Translations under genes and position numbers: made by a program | Shown here: piece by piece, positions 27,483 through 39,086 of the stretch | How positions within the stretch are numbered: the stretch's first letter is position 1 | Layout of the letters: the number at the start of each line of letters is the position of its first letter | The notes under the pieces: generated by a model | What the model was told of the DNA's origin: nothing | Databases searched by the model: none | Seen by the model: only the letters and a program-made list of their open reading frames with translations | Source: Octopus vulgaris | Taxonomy: Eukaryota | Direction of reading: 5' to 3' | Assembly (NCBI GenBank): GCA_951406725.2 | Contig: OX597814.1 | Coordinates: 99,076,001-99,140,000, forward strand | Length of the DNA: 64,000 bases

Positions 27483-27695
27483 AGGCGGCGAGCTCGCAGA
27501 ACCTTTAGCCCACAAAGCAAAATGCTTAGTGGTATTTCGTCTGATCTTACGGTCTGAGTTCAAATTCTGCTGAAGTCGACTTTGCCTTTCATCCTTTCAA
27601 AGTCGTTAAAAAAAGTACCAGTCAATTACTGAGCTCGATGTAATTGACTTCCTCACCCCTCAAAATTGCTGTCCTTGTACCAAAACAAGAAAAGA
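27483..27695 (+). mobile_element. SINE family A monomer (tail 2 type)
   Basis: Head and core match; further diverged copies at 26775-26975, 50020-50212, 53280-53400, 57808-58175, 61885-62060. Confidence 0.8.
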
Positions 27696-28138
27696 ATATC
27701 TATCCACCATTAGCAGAAGAGAGGTCTGGTCGCACCAGAGTACCAGAGTACCAGAGTAACTGGTGGGGTTTCACTCATATAACTCCTCTAAAGTATCTAA
27801 TTTCATGTGCTGCCCTTCGCAAGCAACGGCTTCGTCTTGTCTGATCGTGATGTGGGTAGCAGACAATATTTAGGAAGAGAATGAAATCATTAACGGCAGG
27901 GTGACAGATGATGCCTTTCGCAAGATACGAAAAAGTATTCTTCTGCCATTTGGTAAGAGTTATCCTCCTCACTCCGTGAGACTGCGCTTCACGATGAAGT
28001 GGTTTCTCCTCTGAAGTGTTCAGTCATTGAATCTTCCACATATTGAACAACCAACCGATGATGAGTAACAATACAAACAGGTACGTCCGACTGGGACAAT
28101 TAAAAGCCCTTTGCGGTGCACTTATTTTAACGGCAGCT

Positions 28139-28207
28139 GTAGTAGTAGTAGTAGTGGTAGTGGTGGTGGTGGTGGTAGTAGTAGTAATGGTGGTGGTGGT
28201 GGTGGTG

Positions 28208-28247
<40 letters not shown>

Positions 28248-28275
28248 CAGTAGTGATGGTGTAGTGGTGGCAGTA
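28139..28275. repeat. (GTA)n/(GTG)n trinucleotide tract
   Basis: Directly visible; gives the poly-Val ORF. Confidence 0.95.
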
Positions 28276-29459
28276 GCATCAAAGTATTAGGATCTCGAGT
28301 CCAAGCCTTTCAATTTTTAGTATATGTCCACATTGTGTATTAAGGTAGGAACAGCAACTGCCACACCCGTTTTGCAGGACAGACAAAGGGAGTCAACAGA
28401 TTAATATAATCAGTTCCCTATTTTATTTTGCTTCTTTTCATCGTTAACCCTTGTTGCTGGTTGTAGAACAAAACATATAAGATCTTGACTGCACAAGATT
28501 GATTGTTAAAGTTGTTAACCAGAACCTTTAAACATAAGCAACTAGTGTCTTTCGAGAAATCTTATGTGCAGGTAGTGAATTTACATATAGCTGTGCCCCT
28601 ATCCTTCGAAGCAGAAACTTACAGAGCAATGAAAAGAGCAGGACGATATCGATGATTTATTAATATGTTCACACATTGATAAGGAAATCTTTACAATTTT
28701 TGTTCTTCATATATCAGTAACTGTTACGTCAATGATGATTCATAAACATGTAAGGGGAAGTCGACGAAATATGTTCAATGATTTATTTTTCCTGTTGTTG
28801 TACTGCGATGAAAATTTTTTTCCGTTTGATCGCTTCTTATAATACTGATCAACCTGCACTTCTTTGGATACAATCGCACAAAATTAACACTTACTCATAC
28901 ATACACAAAACTTGCCATTCAAGCAAATAAAGATATACAAATAACACGAATATAAAGACACGCACCGAACTACACAACGTTTGCCTACATAATTTAATAC
29001 TGAATAGAAAGTACATTCACACATTCACACAAACACGCACAAAGAGAGTGAGAAAGTGAGAGTAAGAGGTGGAGAGATGGGGAGAGAAGGAGAGAGGGGG
29101 AGAGAGAGAAATACAGAGAAGAATATTAAAAGAGAAAGCGATCGCAGTCTTATAAAGAAACCACAGAAATTTATAATGTGAAAATATATACAAATAGTGG
29201 GTACAATTACTTAGTAACCTTCCCACATTCATACATACATGCATACATACAGGCATAACACTGACTCACACACACACACACAATTATACACGCCCATACA
29301 TTTTGAAATACAAGATAACAAACGTACAAACGTAAAGTGGCATATTGTATACAAAAAATTACTCTCTCTCACACACATACACGTATGCAAATATACATAC
29401 ATATTTATATATGTATATACATACATATATAAATATGTATATACATACATACATATATA

Positions 29460-29538
<79 letters not shown>

Positions 29539-30039
29539 CATACATATCCGCATATACATAAATACATATACACATATACACGTATATAAATGTGTATACA
29601 TATTCACAATATTTTATTAAATGATAGAAAAACAAAAGCAAGACACATGAACACAATGGAAGACAGGTGTTATAAACACATACATCTGCATCTACAGAAA
29701 CACGCATACAGAGAAAATCACACACAATGAATGAAGCATGATCACACGCTCAAACAGGTGTTTTAGTGTATTATTCTATATCTTTTCTCAATTCAACGTA
29801 ATTTTATTGTATTTTATTTTGCACGACCATTTATTTATTCATACATGTCAATGATTCTGACCTCGGTGGAAGATAATGTTTCATATACGTATGCATACAT
29901 GTATGTATATATGCATGTATGTGTTTATGTAAGTATGTATGTGTGTGTGTGTGTGTGCGTGCGTGTATGTATGTGTGTGTGTACACGTATCTGTTTTTGG
30001 GTATTTTTCTTTGAGCTTTATTTAAATTCTTCGCAGAAC

Positions 30040-32030
30040 TGAAGCCGGACTGGAATAATATGAATGATTTTTTCTTTTTGTTTAAGTTAATGTTTGCATA
30101 TACCAGAGGGTATGCGTTGCTATACTTTCAACAATGTAATTGGAGAATTTTGGGCATGTTATATAAACCATCTCTATACTGTTAATCAATTAAATCGCAA
30201 GAATATTTCTCCTGTCTTGGAGAGCATCATCATTTCCAAGCCACATGCAATCTTGTTGTTACATAACCCAGCCAACCTATGATAATAGGTACAAATGAAA
30301 TTCTATAGCATCGGTACATGAAGTGTGAGTTCTGCGTTAGTTATCACAGATGTTTCCTTTTTACAGAACTTTAGAGGAGACACTGAAATCCAGTCGGCAA
30401 TTACCAGCTGCAACAGTGCAAGACCTTTGTTCCCTGTCTCATAAAACAATATCAAGTCCGTTGTGTCTGCACCAGATAGCTGTCTCATAGACATATTACA
30501 CCAGTGCAGTTATTATTTTTAAGTCTATAGATACATGCCCTTTTTAGTATGATCAGGGTAATCCTTCCTACGGACTGCATTGCAAATAATATAAGCAAAA
30601 CTTTCATATCCGAGGAGAAAGCAGTAGAATCATGCAAAAATGTTTGGACTGCTGGTAATGAAGTTGATGATATTTTACTGATATTACTCACTTGTATAAT
30701 ATAATCACTATTTTTTAAAATTGAAAACATGCTTTCTTCTTCATGTATTTAATAAGACTTTCATTTTATTGACTTGCAAAAACGTATCCTTCTACATGGG
30801 ATATGACGGCGATCACATGTGCAAGAGACGGTACTGTCTCTATCAGCGTCGATATTTGTTAAAGTAGAATTATTTGCTGATATGATGATTGTTTCTCCTC
30901 CAAGTGTCTGTTTGAGCAGGTTTGGCTGACTACCTTGAGGTTACAAGGAAGAACTGGTCTTTCATAATTCCTGTCCAGAAATTTTTCAGTCATTTTTATG
31001 ATGTTATTTTCATTGCTGTATGCAAACGAAATGTATTCATTTCTCCTTTCACAATTCAGTAGGTATTGGCTAAAACATATTCTATGGAGCACTAAGACCA
31101 CTTGAATTGACCACATACCTTTGGCTCCATATTTTCTCCAGTGGGGATATTACCTTCTTAATGCCAATTTCTTTAGATGTGGCATAAAGCCCATAAGTTT
31201 GATACAAGCACTGGCATTAAAAAAAACTTATGAAACTTATTTTTGTTGAATACTGACATTTTCATCTTCCGAAGATTACTGAAGTATTTCTTTGTCATCC
31301 CAGCCGTTCTGATAGCACAAACCCATATAATATTCTCATTGATTGCGGCATACTTCGGATGTTCGTCACAAGAAATCAGGGTGACAGACAAGCCATTGGT
31401 ATTTATACTTTGCCTGCTCAGCAATCATCTCACAACTTAATACTAAATATGAACAAAAATCTATTGCTACGTCTCTTGAAAATGTTGTTTCCGTCTTTGA
31501 TTGTCTTTTATTGTTGTTATGAATAGTACTGAAATACAAATTCAGACCATTTTAGAAAACGTGTGTGAGGGTGGGAGGCTGGGGGCGTAGAGGATGCATT
31601 AATTTTCCTCTCCATAGCAGATCTTAAGATGTTGATCTGGTACATATTTGTATTTCCAGTGTAGAAAAGTGATCGGGTTCTAGGACGAACAAGCTGAAAT
31701 ATTAACGCCAAAATTTCAGTTGTATTTTGGACTACACTTCCAGTTCTAATTGATAAATATGGAAATCATTGTAAAGTCAGTCTTTCAATGGCATCGACTA
31801 TAGTAAATGGGACCATGGAAAGGCACAGTAACTCTATTAACAATAAATGAGAAACAAAATGAGACGCGCTCATATTTGTTGAAGGATGTTGTCAGAAGAC
31901 TTTGGTGATGCATCTTCACTTCCACAATGACAGTTTTCTTGATTTTGAACAATACTCAAATAACCCAGGACTCCCTTCTCCTTGCAAGTTCGTCAGTCAC
32001 GCGTCAGTTGTTTTGCAGAGATCTTAAAAA
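30040..32030 (-). mobile_element. Highly degenerate DNA transposon coding remnant, possibly Academ (XPG-containing type)
   Basis: 2 kb free of microsatellites; colinear minus-strand pieces VTLISCDEHPKYAAINENIIW (~PVITxDQPLYAxAKxIQW), NLWALCHI (~LGGLHI), AFSSDMKVLLIL (~SxDTDVLVLL), CTDAIEFHL (~TxDALxxH); many stops. Confidence 0.4.
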
Positions 32031-32295
32031 AAAACTCATCCAACGAATATCCATAGAGTTTATGTGTATATAAAACTCCAAAATTATGGAATTGAGTAGA
32101 TAAAATCCAGGCTACATATGTTTCATACCTAGTAGAACCTCGGAAACTGTAATAACCCGAACGAGGAGTAATTGATGAGAAAAAAATTACATCCTTCTAC
32201 ATCAATAAACCACTATTCATACTGAAAGTTGCTTGTTATACCTTCTACGGACTGCTTGAAGTTTACCAACTTCCTGCATCTTGAACCATCGAAGT

Positions 32296-32409
<114 letters not shown>

Positions 32410-32680
32410 TGTTGATATAAGTTTCTGGAAACTTCCAAGAGAAAGTGAAATAATTCGTTTTCGGAAAAGAGGATCTCAAACCACAAAAAGCTATAAATAA
32501 CAGTATGCAAATATTTTATTGAAAAACCAGCTTAACATGCTTCGAGATCCACAATTACAAAAAATGAATATATGTGTGTGTGTGTGAGTGTGTGTACCTG
32601 CATATAAGCAGCAATGAATTAATAAATCATTTCACACCGTGTTTAACAACAAAGAAATTAGTAGCTTATGGTAATTTATA

Positions 32681-33073
32681 CTTTTCTACTCTATGTACAA
32701 GGCCCGAAATTTTGGGGGAGAGGGCAGTCGATTAGATCGACCCCAGTACGCAGCTGGTACTTGATTTATCGACCACGAAAGGATGAAAGGCAAAGTCGAC
32801 CTCGGCGGAATTTGAACTCAGAACGTAAAGACTGACGAAATACCTATTTCTTTACTACACACAAGGGGCTAAACACAGAGGGGACGAACAAGGACAGAGA
32901 GACGGATTGATTCGATTATATCGACCCCAGTGCGTAACTGGTACTTATTTAATTGACCCCGAAAGGATTAAAGGCAAAGTCGACCTCGGTGGAATTTGAA
33001 CTCAGAACGTAACGGCAGACGAAATACCGCTAAGCATTTCGCCCGGCGTTCTAACGACTCTGCCAGCTCGCCA
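32681..33073 (-). mobile_element. SINE family A dimer
   Basis: Junction GAAATACC|TATTTC at 32844/32845. Confidence 0.85.
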
Positions 33074-33214
33074 CTTTGCTTATAGTTATTTATAGTGAAT
33101 ATATACTTTCACAAAGCCATACTAGTCTGTCTCATTAGCATAACACTGCAGGCGCAAACAACGTGAATTAATTCATATGTAGATGGAGAAGTAAATAAAT
33201 AATTATATACACAT

Positions 33215-33700
33215 ACCATTACTTGTTCGTCCGTCATTGTCGACAATGACCAAGGTCATCACATGGGAGAAGAAGACGGGTCACAATGTGTTCGGCTGTA
33301 ACCGATCAGTCCGATGCGTGCCCAGAAGGCCCTTCTCTAGGTAGGGTAACTAGTGGTCTGCTGGAATTGAAGGCAAAGAATCGGCTCTGGACTTGCGAAG
33401 TTGGCGTTTTCTTTGTGCCCCTGCAATCCTGTTAGTAGCAGGTGGCACCTCCGTTGGTGCAGCTTTGCCGGACAGAGCGTTCTTGTGTATGCGTTTCCGA
33501 GGTGTTGGTGTTGATCTCAAAGCCCTTCAGTGAGGCTTTAAATGGATCCTGGAAGCGCTTTTTTACCTACCTTGCCTCCGCTTGCCTTCAGCCAGTTCAC
33601 TTGGGTAGTCGCGTGTCAGACATTTGAAGAAGGTGGCCTTCTTCCCACCTGACAGGCCAAGTAATTTTCAACAGATTTCTCAAGCAGTTCATGTGAAAGC
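33215..33700 (-). mobile_element. RTE-clade LINE 3' fragment
   Basis: [39 protein letters not shown]...RAFWARIGLIGYSRTH, then GGTCATTGTCGACAATGACGGACGAAC terminus. Confidence 0.75.
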
Positions 33701-33808
33701 GGTTCATGTATGTATGTATGTATGTATGTATGTATGTATGTATGTATGTATGTATGTATGTATGTATGTATGTATGTATGTATGTATGTATGTATGTATG
33801 TATGTATG

Positions 33809-33863
<55 letters not shown>

Positions 33864-33899
33864 ATCTACAAAGAGCAGAACTTATCTTCAGTAATTGGT

Positions 33900-34810
33900 G
33901 GTCCAAATCAGAGGGGCAATCTATGTGGGTGTCTTTTTCAGAATATTATCTGGTTATTACATACCATACTATGTTGTTTTCTTCTGCACTACTGCTGTGT
34001 TCGCATCTAATTAGTCCTCTTCTCCTTCTTTTTTCTTGGTACATGCAGTCTGTCTGTGCCACTTTAGGGGGTGGAGTATCCCATATCTAGTCAGCAGCTT
34101 TCTTGTCTTTCTGTCTTAGCTGTTTATTTCGTCTACTGTCCATGCGATTACCCATGTTCCATATCTAAGGAGTGAAACCTCCCAGGATAGCTTCAATCTT
34201 ATTCCGTCTGTTTAATTTCGATTTAAGGTTCAGTGTCAGTGTGCGCAAGTACTTCACTTAAAATATTTCTATCATTTCTTTCTCTATCCATTTATAGCCC
34301 CACGAACTTACAGCTCGTCTCTTCTATCCATTTCATAACCTCCCCCGACGGTATCGCTAGCTCGTCTAAACATTTGATTTTGTCTCTCTTCAAGACTAAC
34401 GCACCAAACTTTTTCAACACCGTATCAACGAGGGAACGGACTTGGATTCACCTTTACCATAAAGTTTGAGGTCATCCATGAATAACAAATGGTTGATTTT
34501 TTTGTTGGCAGCTTTTGAATACATACCCAGCCTTTGTGTTAGTAGTATCATGCACAGTACAAAGATCAGTGGGGACAGGCAGTCCCCTTGGAAGATGACT
34601 CTCCAGATTTTTATTGTCCCTAATATTCTTCCATATGCTATCAGTTCCGTCTTCCACTTCGCTATAGTTTTTCCGAGCATTCGCTCAACTTTTGATCCAA
34701 TACCAAATAAGTTCATACATTCCATAATCCAAGAATGTGGAATCCTATCGTAGCTCTTACGATAATCGATCCATGACATAGCTAAATTAGTTTTCCTATC
34801 CATGACAAGG
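33900..34810 (-). mobile_element. R4/Dong-clade non-LTR reverse transcriptase fragment, degenerate
   Basis: LAMSWIDYRKSYDRIPHSWI, IFQGDCLSPLIF, INHLLFMDDLKLY; downstream DRKTRKLL...LHP...DRLHVPRK. Confidence 0.9.
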
Positions 34811-34844
34811 ATAAGGTAGTTTTCCTCCTCCCCCCTCCTCCACC

Positions 34845-34846
<2 letters not shown>

Positions 34847-34926
<80 letters not shown>

Positions 34927-35282
34927 TTTATTTTCATACACCCTCAACAGATTAGACGGTTGGAAAAGAAATAATCCTAACATCGGGCTACAAGAATTAG
35001 CCTTAGACGCTACGAACATAACTAGTTGTCCTTATTAACAATGTTTTCTGCAGCTGCACTAAACTGGGTTTTATCCCTATTTCCTCTATTCTTGTGTTCA
35101 GATCTTTTGGAATAATTCCCAATTCACCTATAACTACTGGGATACATTTTACCTACACTTTCCATAGTCTCTGTAATTCAATAGCTAGGTCCTAGTACTT
35201 TGCTATTTTTTCTATACCTCACATACTAATTTTTTCGTTATTTGGGACTGTAAAGTCTATTATCTGGCACTTTCTATTCCTC
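34847..35282 (-). mobile_element. R4/Dong 3' end (REL endonuclease, 3' UTR, (AAT)n tail)
   Basis: CQIIDFTVPNNEKI...EKIAKY*DLAIELQRLW...IPVVIGELGIIPK...LQKTLL, then a short UTR into (AAT)n at 34847-34925. Confidence 0.85.
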
Positions 35283-35284
35283 TT

Positions 35285-36670
35285 CGGTCGGACCAGTTAA
35301 GTTGTGCCGGGTCTGATTTGGTCCAGACCTCCAGGTGGACAAGAATTAGGTGGAGGGTGAGAGCAGGCTAGCCAATCTTACCCAGAAATGGGCAGAGAGG
35401 AAGCTGTCCCTGAAAAGTCTGGCGGAGGTGGTGAATGCGTACATCACTTCCGTCTTCTACTACTGCCTAACCGTCGTCCTTTGCCCCACTTCGTACCTGA
35501 TAAAGTTGGAGCGCTTGCTTTTCCAATTCCTATGGAAGAGAAGTGTTTCGTTTGTCAGACGATCCATCTGCTGTTAACAGCTGCTGAGTGGAGGACTGGG
35601 CAAGCCGTGGTTAATGATGTGCAGACATGTGCTGAGGCTGTGACATCTCCAGCGTTTCCTTAACGGTGAGGTGTGATCGACGTTCGCTTTCGTCATCTGC
35701 TACCGCCTAACCGTCGTCCCATGCCACACTTCCTGCTTGATAAAGTTGCGCTTGTTCTTCCACTTCCTATGGAAGAGAAATGTTCCGTTCCTCAGACGCT
35801 CCATCTGCTGTTAACAGCCGTTGAGCGGAGGACTGGGCAAACCGTGGCTACTGATGTGCAGACAAGTGCTTAAGCGTTTCCTTAACAGTGAGCAGGTGTG
35901 GTCGCAGCTCGTCTCACTGATGGAGCTACAGACCAGGGTCAACCGAGACCAAGAAAGGGTGCTTGGCACCTGGAATGTCGGCAAGCGCTCACAGCCTTCT
36001 GCTAGTCGGGCAACGCGGTCGGTGGAAGTTCCACCATGGAGTTCTAGAGAAGGTTAGTGGAAGGAAAGAGCGATGAAGTACTCGGGTAAAATCTAGGCGT
36101 CAAGCGGAATCAACTAACTGACCTTTTCCGGAGGACTGTCGGGCCAGGACTTATGGATAACTTCCAGAAATCCCTAGCCTGACAGTGCTACCGGAGTGCT
36201 CTGCCGGTTCGAGAAAGCTCTACAGACACGGAAGTGCCGTCAGACGGACCTGTCCGAGGTGTGGGCAGTGGGATGAAACAGTCCTGCATGCACTCATCCA
36301 TTGACCGTGCATTACTGACCTTTGGAGCTTTGTTGAATAGCTATTTTCACGTGTAGGACGGATCTGGTTATCAGCCGAGTCCATTGTGAGGATCACCCCG
36401 CCTCCTTCTTTTAGCCGGGAAGAAGAGGTAGTTTTCCTCCGTCTGGTGGCTATAGTAAAAGTGGTAGTGTAGTAGGCGCGGTTGAAAGGACTGAAGTCAG
36501 ACACTTTCCTCTTCGGTCGAGCCCTTATTGACTTTTCACAAGTTTCACTTGTAAAGGAAAGTGAGGGTGGAGTGGGAAGTACTGCCTCCCAGTAAGTTTA
36601 TTGGAAGGTGGGTGAATGTTGCGAAAATGGCTCGTGTTAATGGGTCTACTCTGAATATTCGTCTGTAATC
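35285..36670 (+). mobile_element. Tx1/L1-clade LINE ORF2 3' region, degenerate, with internal tandem duplication
   Basis: WAERKLSLKSLAEVVN...LFQFLWK..VRRSICC...GGLGKPWL; zf-RVT-like CYRSALPV...TCPRCGQ.DETVLHAL; 35447-35672 repeated at 35687-35900. Confidence 0.8.
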
Positions 36671-36879
36671 CGGAGCAGTTGAGGGGAAGAGGGGTGCCTA
36701 CCTGGCCTGCCCTTGACAGTCGGGGTGACTAGGATGTATGGGGTACGCTGGCTGGTCCTGGGTGCAATTCTGCACTATTGGGGAATTTTGTTGTTTAAAT
36801 TACTTTTGTTAACTGTTTTTGCTTTTATTGTTTACACGTTTTCCTATTTTAAACCCACTCCTCACTTGTTTTGTATTGT

Positions 36880-37086
36880 CACTTTTACTCTTTTACTTGT
36901 TCACTCATTTGACTGTGGCCATGATGGAGCACCGCCTTTACTCGAGCAAATCGATTCCAGGACTTATTCTTTGTGAGCCTAGTACTTATTCTATCGGTGT
37001 CTTTTGCCGAACCGCTAAGTTACGGGGACGTAAACATACCAGCATCGGTTGTCAAGCGATGTTGCGCGGACAAACACAGACACACA

Positions 37087-37154
<68 letters not shown>

Positions 37155-37320
37155 CATATATACGACATTCTTTCAGTTTCCTTCTACCAAATCCACTTAC
37201 AAGGCTTTGGTCGGCCCGAGTCTATAGTAGAAGACACTTGCCCAAGGTGCCACGTAGTGGGACTGAACCTGGAACTATGTGGTTGGTAAGCAAGCTACTT
37301 ACCACACAGCCACTCCTGCG
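36880..37320 (-). mobile_element. SINE family B, near full length
   Basis: Reverse complement of 8490-8900. Confidence 0.85.
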
Positions 37321-37357
37321 CTTTTGTATATGGCCCTTATGGTCAATAGAGAACGGA

Positions 37358-37433
37358 TCATGATCATGATCATAATCATCATCCTCATTTTCACCATCAT
37401 CGTCATCATCGTCGCCGTCGTCGTCATCATCGC

Positions 37434-37526
<93 letters not shown>

Positions 37527-37545
37527 CATTATTATTATTATTATT
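37358..37545. repeat. (ATC)n/(ATT)n trinucleotide tract
   Basis: Directly visible. Confidence 0.95.
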
Positions 37546-38128
37546 TTCTAAACTGTAGCTATATACTACGGGTAAATCTGTGTTGTATTTGCACGATATA
37601 TGTTGTGAACAACAAAACCGAACTAACAATGACAAAAATATGAAAAAAAAAATGCAAAAGAATATAAATATGACAAACAAAATCCAGATCAAAACACATC
37701 CGGTCGAAGAAACTGTATTTCCCATATCATAGATAATGTGTAGAACATTATCTTTAATTATTAATCCCATTTAGGTTTTTCTTTTTGTTTTTTGTTTTTA
37801 GACTTAGCTTAGAATCAGGTTTTTATCATCATACTTTGCTGAGATAAAGAAACAGATCACTTTCCAATAAATTGTAGAATTGAGTCTCTTAGGCTTTATG
37901 ACAGGGTTGTAGTACCCGATGTGGCAGCTGAATTATCATGTCATTATCAGTAAAGTTGGATTAAAAAAGGCGCCAAACTACTACCAACTGAGATTGATTT
38001 TATAGTACAAGTTGACAAGCAGCACTCTATAAATGAATATATTGCCAACACATAAACATCAACAAAAGTACATATACATGTTCAAACATATAGACGCATA
38101 TATGCATGTGTGGGTGTGTAAGCGCAAG

Positions 38129-38177
<49 letters not shown>

Positions 38178-38452
38178 CATACATACACACACCAACATAC
38201 TTGCATACATACATACAAACATACATACATGCATACAGACATACATACATACATACATACATACATACATACATACATACATACATACATACATACATAC
38301 ATACATACATACATACATACACAGATGTATAAATGTAGTAAATTCAAAGAAAAGGCAATTAAAAATCAGAAGAATATAAGGAAAAACGAACGTAAGGACG
38401 GGCACGAGAAACATATTAATTTAACTCTCAGTGAAAGGAGAGAGTTGTTAAC

Positions 38453-38476
38453 GTTTCGAGCATAGTTCTACGTCAG
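38453..38476 (-). ncRNA. Minimal hammerhead-ribozyme-like core (Penelope type), probably degenerate
   Basis: CTGACGTA-GAAC-TAT-GCTC-GAAAC continuing as GTTA (palindromic AACGTT); one core and one stem mismatch. Confidence 0.5.
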
Positions 38477-38616
38477 AAGGAGAAGAGTCCAAAGAGAAAC
38501 AAAGAAAAATCAGGAAAAATTGCCAATAATAACGTGCGGTTATATACATACACACATATATACATATATACGTATATGTATGTATGCATGTGTATATTAT
38601 ATAAATATGTATATAA

Positions 38617-38863
38617 TATATTAAATTAGAGACAAAACCACTATTAGGCAAATCAAACAATGAAAAACTTAAGCCAATACATATGATTATTTAATTTATA
38701 TTATTTAAATATACAACAAAATTATTAAAAAAATATAATTAATATCACACTACGATCGTTTTGTTATATATTTAAATAATATAAATTAAATAATCATATG
38801 TATTGGCTTAAGTTTTTCATTGTTTGATTTGCCTAATAGTGGTTTTGTCTCTAATTTAATATA
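38617..38863. repeat. Near-perfect ~105-bp inverted repeat with 37-nt spacer
   Basis: Arms 38617-38721 and 38759-38863; spacer ends TACGATCG and runs into TTTT. Confidence 0.9.
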
Positions 38864-39086
38864 ATATAATATTTTACTATAAAATTGGATTCAACCCTAA
38901 ATCTGATTTTTCCCTGTAAGTTTGGATTTATTCCCTAATATTTATTATTAAATATGTATATATATATATATATATATATGTCCAAGCCCCACATAATCAC
39001 CCACGCGCCTATACATGCACACACGCACACGTCAAGGTCACCAGCCCTCTTCAACACACACGTAATGCTCTCTTATACACCCTTTT

